A stretch of DNA of 58,171 bases, the filler included, from Sphacelaria rigidula (taxonomy: Eukaryota): the NCBI GenBank assembly GCA_964200075.2. It is 5 parts of 5 records of this genome, joined end to end, with 100 filler letters (N's around TTAATTAATTAA, not from the genome) between each part and the next. Parts side by side here need not be neighbours in the genome. Positions count along the whole stretch, not along the records: positions 11,656 to 23,209 come from CAXNAA020004791.1; positions 23,310 to 34,863 come from CAXNAA020004792.1; 3 more parts are not named here. One strand, 5' to 3'. Within the stretch, counting starts at the first letter, position 1, and each line of letters begins with the position of its first letter. Shown piece after piece: positions 11,806 to 23,717 of the stretch. The translations under genes were made by a program, and so were the position numbers. The notes under the pieces were generated by a model. That model was not told where the DNA came from. It searched no databases and saw only the letters and a program-made list of their open reading frames with translations.

Positions 11806-12475
11806 AGCCAGTGTTTTCACGAAAATAAAATCGCTCTCCATGCTTTCGGCTGTATGCTGGAAGCATCTGACACTAAACAGCCGACTTTCATCTGTGATAT
11901 CGCTCCCTGCAACTTGAAGTGTGTAGAGCACTCGCTCTTCATACGCGAAATTGCCCTTTGTGCACGACGGCACTGAACAAAGCAACAGCTGGCGGCGTGC
12001 AAGGTGACACTAGACCGTCACAGATTTCTTGCTACAAGAAAAGGCATTTGGTCGGAAATGAAACACGGCGAGAAAGGCATGGTCTACATATTGTTTTTAG
12101 TACAGGCAGTCAGTCACGACGAACATCATCGGTGCTGTCACCAGCCGGTGAAAGCCAGTGAGTGCAACCACGAAAAGAGAAATCGCTGTCGACGCCCAGG
12201 GTTTTCGTGATGGAACCATCTGACACAAAACAGCCGACTTTCGTGTATGACTTCGCTCTCTGCTACTCAAAGGGTACAGCTTTTCCAATGCGAAATTGCC
12301 CCTTGTGTACAGCGGCGCGAAAGAAAGTGGCAGCTGACGGCGTGTGAGATGATGCAAGGCAGTAACAGATTTGTTGCTGTAAGCAAAGACATCTGCTCGT
12401 AAATGAAACACGGCGGGAATGGGATCATTGATATTTTGTTCTAGTACAGACAGTCAGTCACGAACATCGTCTCTG
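11806..12475. repeat. Diverged tandem duplication, two ~350-bp units
   Basis: CATCTGACAC.AAACAGCCGACTTTC at 11864 and 12217; GCGAAATTGCCC, AAATGAAACACGGCG and TAGTACAG.CAGTCAGTCACGA each occur twice in register. Confidence 0.85.
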
Positions 12476-13400
12476 TTGGTCCTCAACCTCCAAGGGCCGT
12501 CTTTCAACGCGGTTTTCTCGGCAACCAAGCGGAGGACTGGACTGCGGTTTGTTGCGTGCGCTTCCCATACATATATACACCAAAAGCTATACACCAAAAC
12601 TGGGTCAAACTTTTTGCGTTTTCCTGCACGCGTGACACAAAACCGCACCAAACGAAAATGTTTTTAAAATGTTTTTTTTTTCACCTATTGGGGCGTTTTT
12701 GGATTCACTGTGGCGAATTGAGCAAATCGCCAACGGTATTATCCCCTAGCTTTTGTGCGTGTGCGGGGGGTGCTTTGAAGTGCCACAGACCGGCTCGCTT
12801 CCTGTGTCAAGAAATGCGCGATGAAAAGGGCTACAGCTGTCGCATAGGAAACCAAGTTAATTATGGATGAAGCGTGTGTTCTGTTCGGCAGAGGTCCGGC
12901 CAGCTGATGACGTGTTCTTTCATTCCTCCGGGTTCTTGGTTATTTTTTTCGGGGTGTGGTTTTTGGTCGTTATGCCCCCCACTCACCCCTGCTTCGTCTC
13001 GAAAGGGATGCGTGGTCAATGGTCAAACGACTAAGGCAAGCAACAGATGAATCTCCCCCTCCCCCCCCCCACTCATCCCCATAACTATCAATAGTGTTGT
13101 GGAACGCTAAGACCAATCTGTGCAAAACCGGGGCGACTCATATATACGAAAGTGAGATTTTCGGGGGTTCCATGATGTCTTAACAGATTTGTTGAAATAG
13201 TCCTGTACACGGAGAGTCATTCTCTGCAGGGGTGATATCGCATGCACAATGAAGACGAAAAACAGGCAGGCGGTGAATCATTATTTGGGAGCAGCGCCGT
13301 ACCGTAGAGTGCAGTGTCGTTCATCAATCACCCTTCAAGTACAGCGGCAGCAGAGAGTAGGATAGTACAGTACCGTTCGCTGTGGCGATTCAGCAGCGCA

Positions 13401-16400
13401 ATGCAGCTTAATACATTATCATCGCCGCAGGGTGCGGCGTCAGCAGCTCTCACCCGCTTGACAAACCCCGTGCGAAGCTGCTCCAGCGGCTGGCATGGGC
13501 AGGCACGGCCTGTGCTGTCACGAGACTGTCTGCTGCTGCGGTTGCAAAGATATCAAACGCCTGTTGCCCCATCACCGAACGTCAATGTACGCACGTTACT
13601 TCCTATATTTTACACATTTTTTGTTGCTCCCAGAGTTATCTATAACTGGTATTCCCGAAGAGTGTTCAGGTATATCTGAACGTGAGCGTTTATGTATTGT
13701 TGTCCCTCCTTTACCAAGAGTTGTGTGTAGGTTTTCACTGAGCCATAGCCTGAATTCCTGACTTCGCCCAAAAACAGACGGATGGGGGAGGGGATGGAGG
13801 GGTTATTGCGTAAGTTACTATGCCATGCTTCACCATAGCACAGTTGTACGAAGTTGTGTTCGAAAACTAGAAGAACGCGCCGCTGGATTGTATGCATGGG
13901 TGATCTCAACCCCCCATGTTCGATGTAGGAGCTGCTCTCTCTTTCAACAGAAGCTGAGTAGGAACACAACAGCACCCTGCTTGACCTTATGGGCACAGAT
14001 GAAAGTAAAGTGCCCGGCCTCCTGGAAGAACTTGAATTACTTGAAAACAAACATCGACGAATCTGTAGCATGCGTCTACGAAGACTACCGTTCGGACGGG
14101 GAGTGGCAGGGTATTGGTTCTCTTCACTACTCTCGTACCTAGCCCTTATTCTGTAGATAGGATATGGCTCCTATGAGGACTGCCATACCTCCCCCCACGT
14201 TACAACAAAAACGAAACATTGAGAAAATGTGGCGATTATGCGATTAGCCCCCACCGTCGCCCCCACGCACACACTTATTTCGGTCTCATTGGTTTCTCTA
14301 AGCGACCGTGCCCCCTTCGATTCTCATTGCATGTCCTCCACACATGGCTTGGTTACAAGCCTGGACCGCAACGTACAAATACGTCAAACGATTGTATACC
14401 AGTGTTGATGCAGAGGGGCCCCACACGGTAAGCCCGCCAGCTGACATTCTCCGTACCGCAGCGTTCAGCCGTGGTGATGGAATGTCACGAGGTGACCGAC
14501 GCTGTTACAGACAGTGAAGTGGTGAGTGGAGAGATGACGAGGGAAGTGCACGATGGAGTGCACGTGGTGTGTCAGCTGTGCTTCCTGACCGTCTATGTGT
14601 GTCGCACTCCGTCGTCTACTCAACAGGCTGTTTCTCCTTGCCTGTATCGATTGTCAGCGATGGCCTGGATCCAGCCCACTGGCCTCGTCTCCTCGGTGTA
14701 TTGCTCGTTTCAAGTTCCACTCTCAGACTAGCTCGACAGCGTAGCCGAACCGTGGTTCAGTTTCTCACCCGTATTATGCAATGCTTCCCCGGCTCTTGCA
14801 GGAGCCCGTTGCAGAGCATGGTGCTGTTGTAGGGTGCTAGACTCCTCATATATACTATTCGATACTAGACTCATGGCATCACGGTGTTCGTGCTGTTCCT
14901 CCAAATGCTCTTGTCGCACATGTGCCGCAGTTGATCGAATATAGTGGTCCCACCTTTATCAAGGCTGCGCAATGGGTGAGCACGCGGAGAGACAGCTTCC
15001 CCGAAGAACTCTGCAATAGGTTAGTCTACCGATCTCGGATGCTGGAGCGGGTGTTTCGGGGTTCTGTACGAGCTGTGCCAGCCTAGAAACGGATTTGAGC
15101 TTGAAAGGATATTTAGTGAGGTTAGTGCAGTGTATTGAATTTAGTATGTAATGTTATCCGCACCACTTTTCTCGATAGAAAACGAACTGGGTCAAGGTGA
15201 GGGTGTCGACGGGTCTGCGCGACCCTGGCAAAAAAAGCAGCGCCATCCGCTGATTATATTGTGACAGGTTTTCGTGTAGACTTTAGTATCGAGATGTCTT
15301 CACTTGTCACGGGATTCACTCGACATGGCGTCTCATCAACGAAAAAGCATCTGACGGGGCTCTTTTGCAGATTAACATCTGCACCTTGATTATCCAAAGA
15401 CAAGATGTGCGGATCACGGCCAAGTTCGTCTGTGGCGATATGACGTGGCAGTCGTTTCGAGGCTGGCCCAGCTCGTTTTGATGCACAGTGGGCGTGAGCA
15501 TACGCATGTTTGACCACCTAATAAAGATGATTTCCTGCCAGGTTGGGGCAATTACATACGTTCACGAGGTCGAGGCCGAAGAGCTATGGGGAGGACGCAC
15601 TGGATGTGGCGTTTGGCTCTTCGTGGCGGGAGAGTCTTCTTCTCGAAGAAGAGGCATTAGGATCAGGCTGTGTCGCCCAGGTACAACCATTGCTACCCTT
15701 ACGAATTGATGTACGACCGACACGTGTGCATGAATCCATTGCTTACCGTAGGTGGGGCCCACAGCTGAGCCTTGATAACTCCGGTGCTACAGTACCGGAG
15801 TTTTGTCTCGCTCAAGTTTCATTGGTCTTTTTGAGGTGAATGTGCGTACAAGGGTCGACTTGCTGGAGGTGATGATTTCGTATGGCAGAATCACGTCCGA
15901 CAGTAGCTGTGTGAGCTTTACCGTGGTAGGGATGGATGATTGCACGTGATACAGAGACGATGCACAGCCCTACTACACTTCGGTCTGGTCGGAGCTGTGC
16001 CCTTGCACAAAAATGATGCTAGGCGTGACTTAACAAGCTTGGCTACATGACGGGTCGCAGGTTTACAAGGGCCGAATGATTGGAGGCTCAGAGGCGGGAA
16101 GGAGTATAGCGGTGAAAGTCGTGGATCCTCAGACAAGGATCGCCGTGGATTCTGATCTGACGTTGATGCGAGCTGTGGTTGCTGTTCTCGAGTCTATCCC
16201 GCGACTTCATTGGCTATCGCTATGCGAAACTGTCAACGAGTTTGCACACCTGATGGAAAGTCAGGTATGTTCGCTGACCCAACTGGTGCTCTTCTGGAAT
16301 GAAATCTGAAACCGAGAAATTCGTTCCGATACCATCATACTGCCCGTAGATGATACCCAACTGTCATCTTGCCAATCCCGACGTTCTTCTGTCAAATCGT

Positions 16401-17901
16401 TCCTCGCGACAGCTCGATTTGCGACAAGAGGCGCGAAATTTGGAACGCTTCCGAGAGGATTTCAGAGGCGATCCGTCACTGGTGTTCCCGCGTCCAGTTC
16501 ACCCTTGGGTTGCCGACAGCGTCTTGGTGGAAGACTTCAAGGTGAATCACTCAATCCCCCTGTAGGGTTACGGTTTTCCCGTCATGTCAAGATCTGCCGA
16601 TCGTCAACGAATGAGAACATGTAAGTGTCACTTGGCATGGATGGGCTCCTTACAAATCGATCTCTGCCCCTCATGTGCTGAAGGAAGGACAGCCCATTTC
16701 CATGTTCTTCGGAGGGGAGGAGAGCCGAAGGTTGGCCGGGATGGGCCTCAAAATGTTTCTCAAGATGGTGAGTCGCGAAACTTTCAAAAGTGATCAGTTG
16801 CTCATTGTGACGAGGCACATGAAGTGAAAGCGGCAATACAATCGTGCTCAACAAACCATTCCATAAACAGTTTGGCATACCAATGAAGTGATTAATAGGG
16901 CATGTTATGAACGCCGACGAGAGAAACATTTACAGCCGTACCCACCTGGTCTATTTCGTCCAACTAACTCACTCTGGGAACGTTTCCAACTGCCGTTCAA
17001 CTGTGCGAGGCGGAGTAGGTGTTCATCAATAACTTCGTTCATGGAGACCTTCATCCAGGGAATCTCTTGGTGGGTCGGCAAGATAACAGCGAGGAGCCAT
17101 GTCTTGTGATCCTTGACGCCGGCATCGTGAGCGAGCTGGATGAAGGCGACAGGAAAAACTTCGTGGATTTGTTCTACGCGATCGTTGTAGGAGATGGCAA
17201 ACTGGCCGGGCGCCTCATGATCGAACGGGTGAAGAGAAGGAGTAACTATCGATTCAAACTGTGCTGCGCTACAATATTTGGACACATTCACCCTTTCCTT
17301 TCCCACTCAGGATATGCACTGATGACTGTGCATGCGCTGGCCAAGGGCCAGAGAGTTGCCATGCCTGCGTCGCGTTATGATCCTGTATCGTTCGCGGACG
17401 ACTTCGTGGCTTCATATTGCATGCAGGCCCGGAACCAGCGTTGTAAGGACCCGGACAGATTCTGCACTGAGGTCGATTCACTTGTGCAAAGAGCGAGATC
17501 AAGCGGACTTCGTCTTGGGCAGATTCAGGCTGGACAGCTCCTCACGCGAATGTTTTCGTTGTGCTTGCATCATGAGGTGCGTGCGATTTGGCAATCGTCT
17601 GATAGAGTGTTCGCTGGCTTAAAGCACAGGATGTGAGGAGCTGTACCATGCGCATCTTGGTTCATGGTTCCTACAAAGTCAATAGGACGGTTGTAGCAAT
17701 TGCACCGGTCCTGAGCTTCGAATCTGTCCGGCATGAAATCCACAGGTGAAGCTGGAATCCAAGTTTTCGTCGGTGGTGCTCGCGATCGCTGTTCTGGAAG
17801 GCGTCGGCAGGAGCCTGGACCCTGACTGCAACATTCTTGAGGCATCCTTGCCAGTGGTTGCTCGAGCGAGTACCATGCAGATGGGATTCCACACTGGTTA
17901 G
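13401..17901 (+). CDS. ABC1/UbiB-family atypical kinase, ADCK2/Cqd1-like. Confident exons 14931-15019, 15542-15680, 16061-16264, 16413-16541, 16684-16767, 17019-17228, 17427-17576, 17746-17901; 5' exons (13401-14820) uncertain
   Basis: Spliced motifs in order: GPTFIKAAQWVSTRRD (KxxQ), LGSGCVAQVYKG, IAVKV, LDLRQEARNL, HGDLHPGN, LDAGI, VKLESKF, LEGVGRSLDP; TAG at 17899-17901. Confidence 0.92.
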
Positions 17902-18094
17902 GAATATTTCATTGCTTGTATGACAGATGCAACGTCAAGGTACACCAGTTGCGTTCTCAACATCTTACACCCACAAGGCGCGGGTCAACCAAGATGCGCT
18001 TGATGAGAAAACGATATTCATCCCCATTCCAGTGAACATGGTGTAGGGTGATTCGCCATCCGCGACCCTCCGTTCGTCGGCCTGACCACGTGCG

Positions 18095-21000
18095 CTACCA
18101 CGTGAAGCGATCGAGTTGGTCCTGAACTTCCTTCAAGTCGATTTGAACCTTCTTGCGCTTGTAGAAGATGGGGCAATCCCTGTTTGAGCACAGCACATCT
18201 TGGTGGAACGAGCCTTGGCAATCTTGACACTGCGTCCATAACCGGCTGAAAAGCATCTGCTGCTCGTTTACCTGCATCAAGAGATGTGCGGTGATTTTGA
18301 ACCGACGACCGAAGAAGAAATGAACGATCGAGGCCATGGGCACCACCATCTTATCTTGCACACAAATTCACCGAAAGAGGTTGTTACACCACTCGGCAAG
18401 GGTGGGAAATTTATCGGAAATTCGTGGTTTCGAATAAACTCTAACGATCGAAGGCATACCGAAAATCCTCGCGGAAGGGGGGTGCAAAGTGTTCCCTAGG
18501 CAAACTGTGCGTAGCCCGACCTCAAATTGGCGCCCCGGGCAAAACGCGTTCTGCGCACGCCAGGAACACAGCAACCCCATTCAAGATCCGCATTTCGGGA
18601 GGTTTTCCACACTAAAATCAAGTGACCACCACTACTGCATTGAAATGACGATACACCTGCACAGCACGAAAGTATGAAACATATCTGTGAGCTCACCTCT
18701 CGTAATTTTGCGGCGTAAATAACCCCCTCCTTGGGTCTGCAATGTGCGCATAACGTCTTCTCCTTCTCGCTGATGGGCGCCCTACACCCCATACACTGCG
18801 AATATTTCGAGCAAGGCAGTTGGGATATACGCTTCGACATTCAAGATAAATTTTTACGACAACTGGGCGAATCACCCATGCGCGTCATGCAGTATGTACC
18901 GTTGCACTCAAGCCACTGGTGCAATAACACGCGGAATACGTTCATAAACTTCCCTGAGAGAAGACCAAGAGCAACATCATGTACGACACGGATGCTCGGA
19001 CACAAGATACCAGGACATCCCGGAGGAGGCAATTATATTCGATTAATCGGGACATCCCGTGACGCATGTACTGAACGCCCAAGGAAAACAAAGGATGCAG
19101 GAAAATTCGAGTACTTCCGCCGCGTCGCTCACGATTCACACGGATAAATAAGCAGGAAACATAGTTGCAGTTGTCACCTTGAGCTTTTTGACAGCAAACA
19201 TCATGATGCCACCAGCCCTTGCAGTGGGTGTCTTCTTGACGATTGATCGAGTGTGTTCGCCGCGAAGTAGCGCGGACGGATTGTCGATGATGGGCTGCCG
19301 ACCAAAGCAAACATCAACGTGAAACATACAATGCCGATTGAAGACTCAGAGGGTATGCACGACGTTGGATATAGATTTACAGAAACGGTGCCCTGAGGTG
19401 ACAACAATCACCCATACGCCGGCCACTCAACAGCACCTACGACAAAAGAGTAGAAACAGTCCAGAATGAAGCGAGTTGACAGCTACGCACCCGTTATCTC
19501 AAAATGCCCCAGCCGCCAAAACCTTGGGGGCTGGCGCATGACGAGCGGCTGGGTTGCAGTCAAATTGTAATCCTAAGCGGCGCTTTCGACCCAACCCACT
19601 AGGTAAACAAGCCCAACAGCCATTCACCTCGAATAGACGGCCAAGCGGCTTGCTTAGCTGGTTTGTGAGATAGTACTCCGTGTCGATGGGCAGGTTGTTC
19701 TCCAAAACAAAGACCGGGTCTTCGCTTCGTTCGTAGGCGGCAGCTCCTTTAGCTGCCTGCTCAGTTACGACGAAACTCACGGGTGAGAACGTGCAGTAAT
19801 ACGCACAGCAGAGCTGTTTCGAGCTACAGGAGAACACGAGATTGTTGCTCCCGTGTAACACCTGGAGCTGACTGGCACTGAACTTTACTCTGTTTTTGAT
19901 CGCTCACAATATGCCCCACGATTTCCGCCGTATAAGAGGTGAATGTGCACCTGAATGATGACGTAAGCCACCCGATCCCCGACATTGGGAGCTGTTCCTG
20001 GGTCTCGCTTTCTCATACGCATCGCGAGCTCTACATGTGCTTGTTTGGCGCTGTAGCCCTCGCTGTCGGCGCTCTTCGCCAGAGCCTTCGTGATAACGAG
20101 AAGAGATATGTCCATCTTGTTTTGGAGGAGATCAGAGATTACCTGACGAGGGTATGGGGACACGGTAAATGATATTGCCGTCAGAATAAACAACTGCGAT
20201 TCCATGTGAACATCAGACACAGTATACCAGCTGCGTACTATCGGGTCATGGTCGACTCATACTCGAAGGGTGGATCGGTGAAAGAGCCGGAGTTCGTACA
20301 TGTCAAAAGGTTCACCTGCTTGGAGTAGCCGATCGCGCCTTGCACGTCCCTGTCGATCAGAATTTTTCGCAAGCACGTGTCGACAACCTGACGTTGTAGT
20401 CGACAAGGGCAACGGGAACATCGAGACGTCAACATGCGGGACATGATTTTTGGTCCGACTAGAACGTGCGATCGCTACCTTGCACCCGACCGAGCAGGCT
20501 CATTTGCCCTAGGCGGCCATCAGTGCATCACCTTGCGAACGAGTAGACAGTTGTCGCGTCGAACCGTTTCGAGTCCCTTGGTATCCATCTTGTCATACTT
20601 CTCCACCTTGGTCCACAGCAGACCCGCATATCGTTTCTTATTCATCAGAAGGTACGGCCAATATACCTGAAATATAGATGGGGAACAAAAATCTGATTCA
20701 TGAACGACATAAGACAGCTGTGCAATACAGGCTAGTTCACGTTCGTGTACCGAATTTTGTTCATCCGCGAATGCTCTTGCCGATTGGTGGCGTTGGACCC
20801 TCAGAAATTGCACACAAACACTACGGGGTACCATGATCGGGGGTCCCAGGATTTGGGGGGATTTGTGGGAATCGGGAAGACCCCCGGAAGCCGTTCAAAA
20901 GCGGAGAACCTCTGCAATGTCATTAATGTCACATTTTTTTCAATTATGTGAAGATTGTGTACAAATTCGACTGGGAATCCGTATTTTGCATTTCAGCACA

Positions 21001-22272
21001 ACAACTTGAAGGGCGCTGACGATAGTAGACACTGCGAAAGGAATTTGCTCGTGAGTGAGTTTTAGGTCAAAACGTGAACCAGCCTGCAAGCAAGTACTGT
21101 TCACCAGAGGGTACGGCCAGCACACCCGTAGGATGGTTTCGAACGCAAGATGGAAAATCTGATTGAACCAACAAAATGCATTGGTGCGGAATACAAGCAC
21201 TGTGCTCAGCACGGCAACAGCGCCAAGCGGTAGCAACAACAAGGCTTTTTCGCCACCCTTATCCGCACCAAGCAAGCCTCTATTTCAGCTTGGCATGCCT
21301 CATACCGAAATAATTGAGAGCAACCGTCAATACTGCAACTGACAGAATCCCGACTTCAAGAACCCGACGTCACCAAGTAGTTGGAGAACCAGACATGAGG
21401 AAATATTCAAATATACCTTCTCGAACTCTAGCTTGATAGGCTTCGGGAAAATCTTGGACACCTCATCGGCAGCCTTCTCCGCCAGCGGCATGGCCTCCTC
21501 CACCGTCTTGCTACCGAACTTCACCATCACAGAGTCCGTATCTCCGTACACCACGTCGGCATCGTGTTCGTATCCATTCTATTAACAGGTTGTTTGGCAA
21601 AGATGGTGTTCGTGCACACAACACACAAGAACAGGCAAAAACATCGTCAACCCGTCCGACTGCAATAACGACGTAGGATATGGAGCACCATCGTTGTATC
21701 AAGTGACAATCGTGACATCCGGCGAGAGTTCAACATCCGGTCAAGTATTGTTGCGCTCCCGAAAGGAATCAACGCGAACAAAATGGGCGCATGAACTCAC
21801 CGCGATTGTGTACGTTTCTTCCACATGCCTCCGAGTCTGGAAGAGAAGATCTCGCCCGTAGGAAGTGGTGCTAGACGCGATGGGGAGGCAAGGTAGCTGT
21901 CCCACCGTTGCTCCGGTAAAGCCGTAAACGGAGTTTGCAGAGACCTGGAGGGGAAAGAACGGGCACGTGAATTTCCGGCAACTGCGACGATAAACCAGAA
22001 GGCTAACGGCGCAAGAAACCGATTATATTACACAAGAATCATCTGTTGACTGTAAAATTGGCTACGCAGCGCTATTCTGGACAAGTGGCGTTGTCGCGAC
22101 GCAGAGCACGACGTAAAAAAGGTCAAAAGTATTTTGTCACCTTGAGAGCCAGCTGCCGCCCGTTTTGCACGGCTTTCTCCATCGGATCTGTGGCGATTGC
22201 CATGTCTTTCTTGGCCCGCTTTCTTGCAGTCAGAAGCTCCTCCAGGATGACTGGAAGCAGTCCCTTCCTCAC
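18095..22272 (-). CDS. POLD1: DNA polymerase delta catalytic subunit, 3' part (5' exons lie beyond the contig end). Exons 22272-22141, 21944-21801, 21578-21417, 20666-20532, 20387-20316, 20142-19951, 19756-19628, 19294-19178, 18795-18697, 18271-18095
   Basis: Family B motifs [58 protein letters not shown]-terminal CysA (CMGC...CAHC) and CysB (CQDC...CSNRDC) typical of Pol delta. Confidence 0.97.
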
Positions 22273-22384
22273 CTGTGAAATTTACACATCGGGTGGAACG
22301 ATGGTCTTTTACATCATCGTAGACAATCCCTTTTGCAGGTGACATGTAAACTGACACATCTAGCCACCCAACTATGAAAGGGTG

Positions 22385-23500
22385 GGACGGGGGCGGGGGG
22401 GGGGTACTCCTGGTCGTGCATTCCGTAGTCATATGACCATTGACTTCGCATCCCTACAAAGCCGGGACGGAGCACGCCGGGTTTTCGCCGGACAAGGCTC
22501 GCACTCAATCACCAGGCGAGAAGCGTTGTGATGTGTTCGGCGACTCGTACGAAGGGTGGGCTGCATCCTGCTAAGACTGTTCGGCCCGAAGCGTACTGAT
22601 AATCTTGCACATGGGTGACAGCCTACAATGAGCCGCTTCATTTTCTGATGTCGCCACTTCCAGAGACAGCCACGGCTTACACACTGCATCCCATTCAAAC
22701 ATTACATAGTATGATTGTCCTTCGCGCGGAATCGAGGTTTTCCCATTCCGCACAAAACGATCTAGATCGATCACCATCATGGTTACCGCAAAAAAACGCA
22801 AGCGCTCAAAAAAAAACCGGCAACCTGGTTGTCTAGCTTACGCAGTGAGTGGCGTGTTTTACGGTGTCATTGCCAACCGACGCCAAACCCATGCGGGGTT
22901 CGTCCCTACAAAGCCGGGAGGGACTACGCCGCGTTTCCTCCGGACCAGGGAGGGTGGGAGTACTCATATGTTGCTTATCTTAGTCATTCAACCATTGACC
23001 ACGCATCACCTTCGAGACGAAGCACCGCTCCTACTCCCAATAGAGGCACGTCCGAAATCTGAGCGCTCATTACGTTTATTTCACACATGATACACAAAAA
23101 ACCTTTCGCATGTCTCATCAGGGGGGGGGGGGGGGGTACTCATGATCTCGCACGTCGTAGTCGCCAGACCATTGAACATGTATCTTCACAAAATCCGGCC
23201 GGAGCACCCNNNNNNNNNNNNNNNNNNNNNNNNNNNNNNNNNNNNNNNNNNNNTTAATTAATTAANNNNNNNNNNNNNNNNNNNNNNNNNNNNNNNNNNN
23301 NNNNNNNNNAGCGTCATCGCCAACCGACGCCAACCCCACCGGGGGTCCGCCCCTACAAAGCCGGGACGGAGCACGCCGGGTTCTCGCCGGACCAGGCGGA
23401 GGGGGAGGGGGTGAGGGGCGGGGGGGAGGGTACTCATCCGTTGCTTGCCTTTGTTGTTTGACCACTGACCGCGCATCACCCTTCCGAGACGGAGCACCGT
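22385..23500 (+). repeat. Dispersed G-tract repeat family (copies 22385-22497, 22865-23030, 23120-23209 and, on the next contig, 23310-23500); other copies at 1-100(-), 11220-11320, 12985-13080(-), 46480-46517, 46618-46730
   Basis: Shared blocks CCCTACAAAGCCGGGACGGAGCACGCCGGGTT.TCGCCGGAC.AGG, (G)n-GTACTCAT, and TTGCTTGCCTT.GTC.TTTGACCA.TGACCACGCATC.CCTTCGAGACG.AGCACCG. Confidence 0.85.
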
Positions 23501-23717
23501 TCGTGGGGTGGGAGGGTGGGAGGGTCGACTCTGGCTATATGACAGCCGGAGAACGTTTTCCTTCCACGGGTAGACCCAGGCGAGGAACAATTAGCACATT
23601 CGCACAATTTCCTACTGGTATGTGAAAAGCACGTCATCTAGCTGAACCCCGTGCCGTTTTAGTCGTCGGCGTGATAATGCTTTTTGTCTCGTTCATCTTC
23701 ACCTCGTTCCTTGAAGA

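Noticed and set aside
18095-22272. Family B polymerase as a sign of an endogenous giant virus or Polinton
   Set aside because: Spliceosomal introns and CysA/CysB modules identify cellular Pol delta; no capsid, packaging ATPase or integrase seen.
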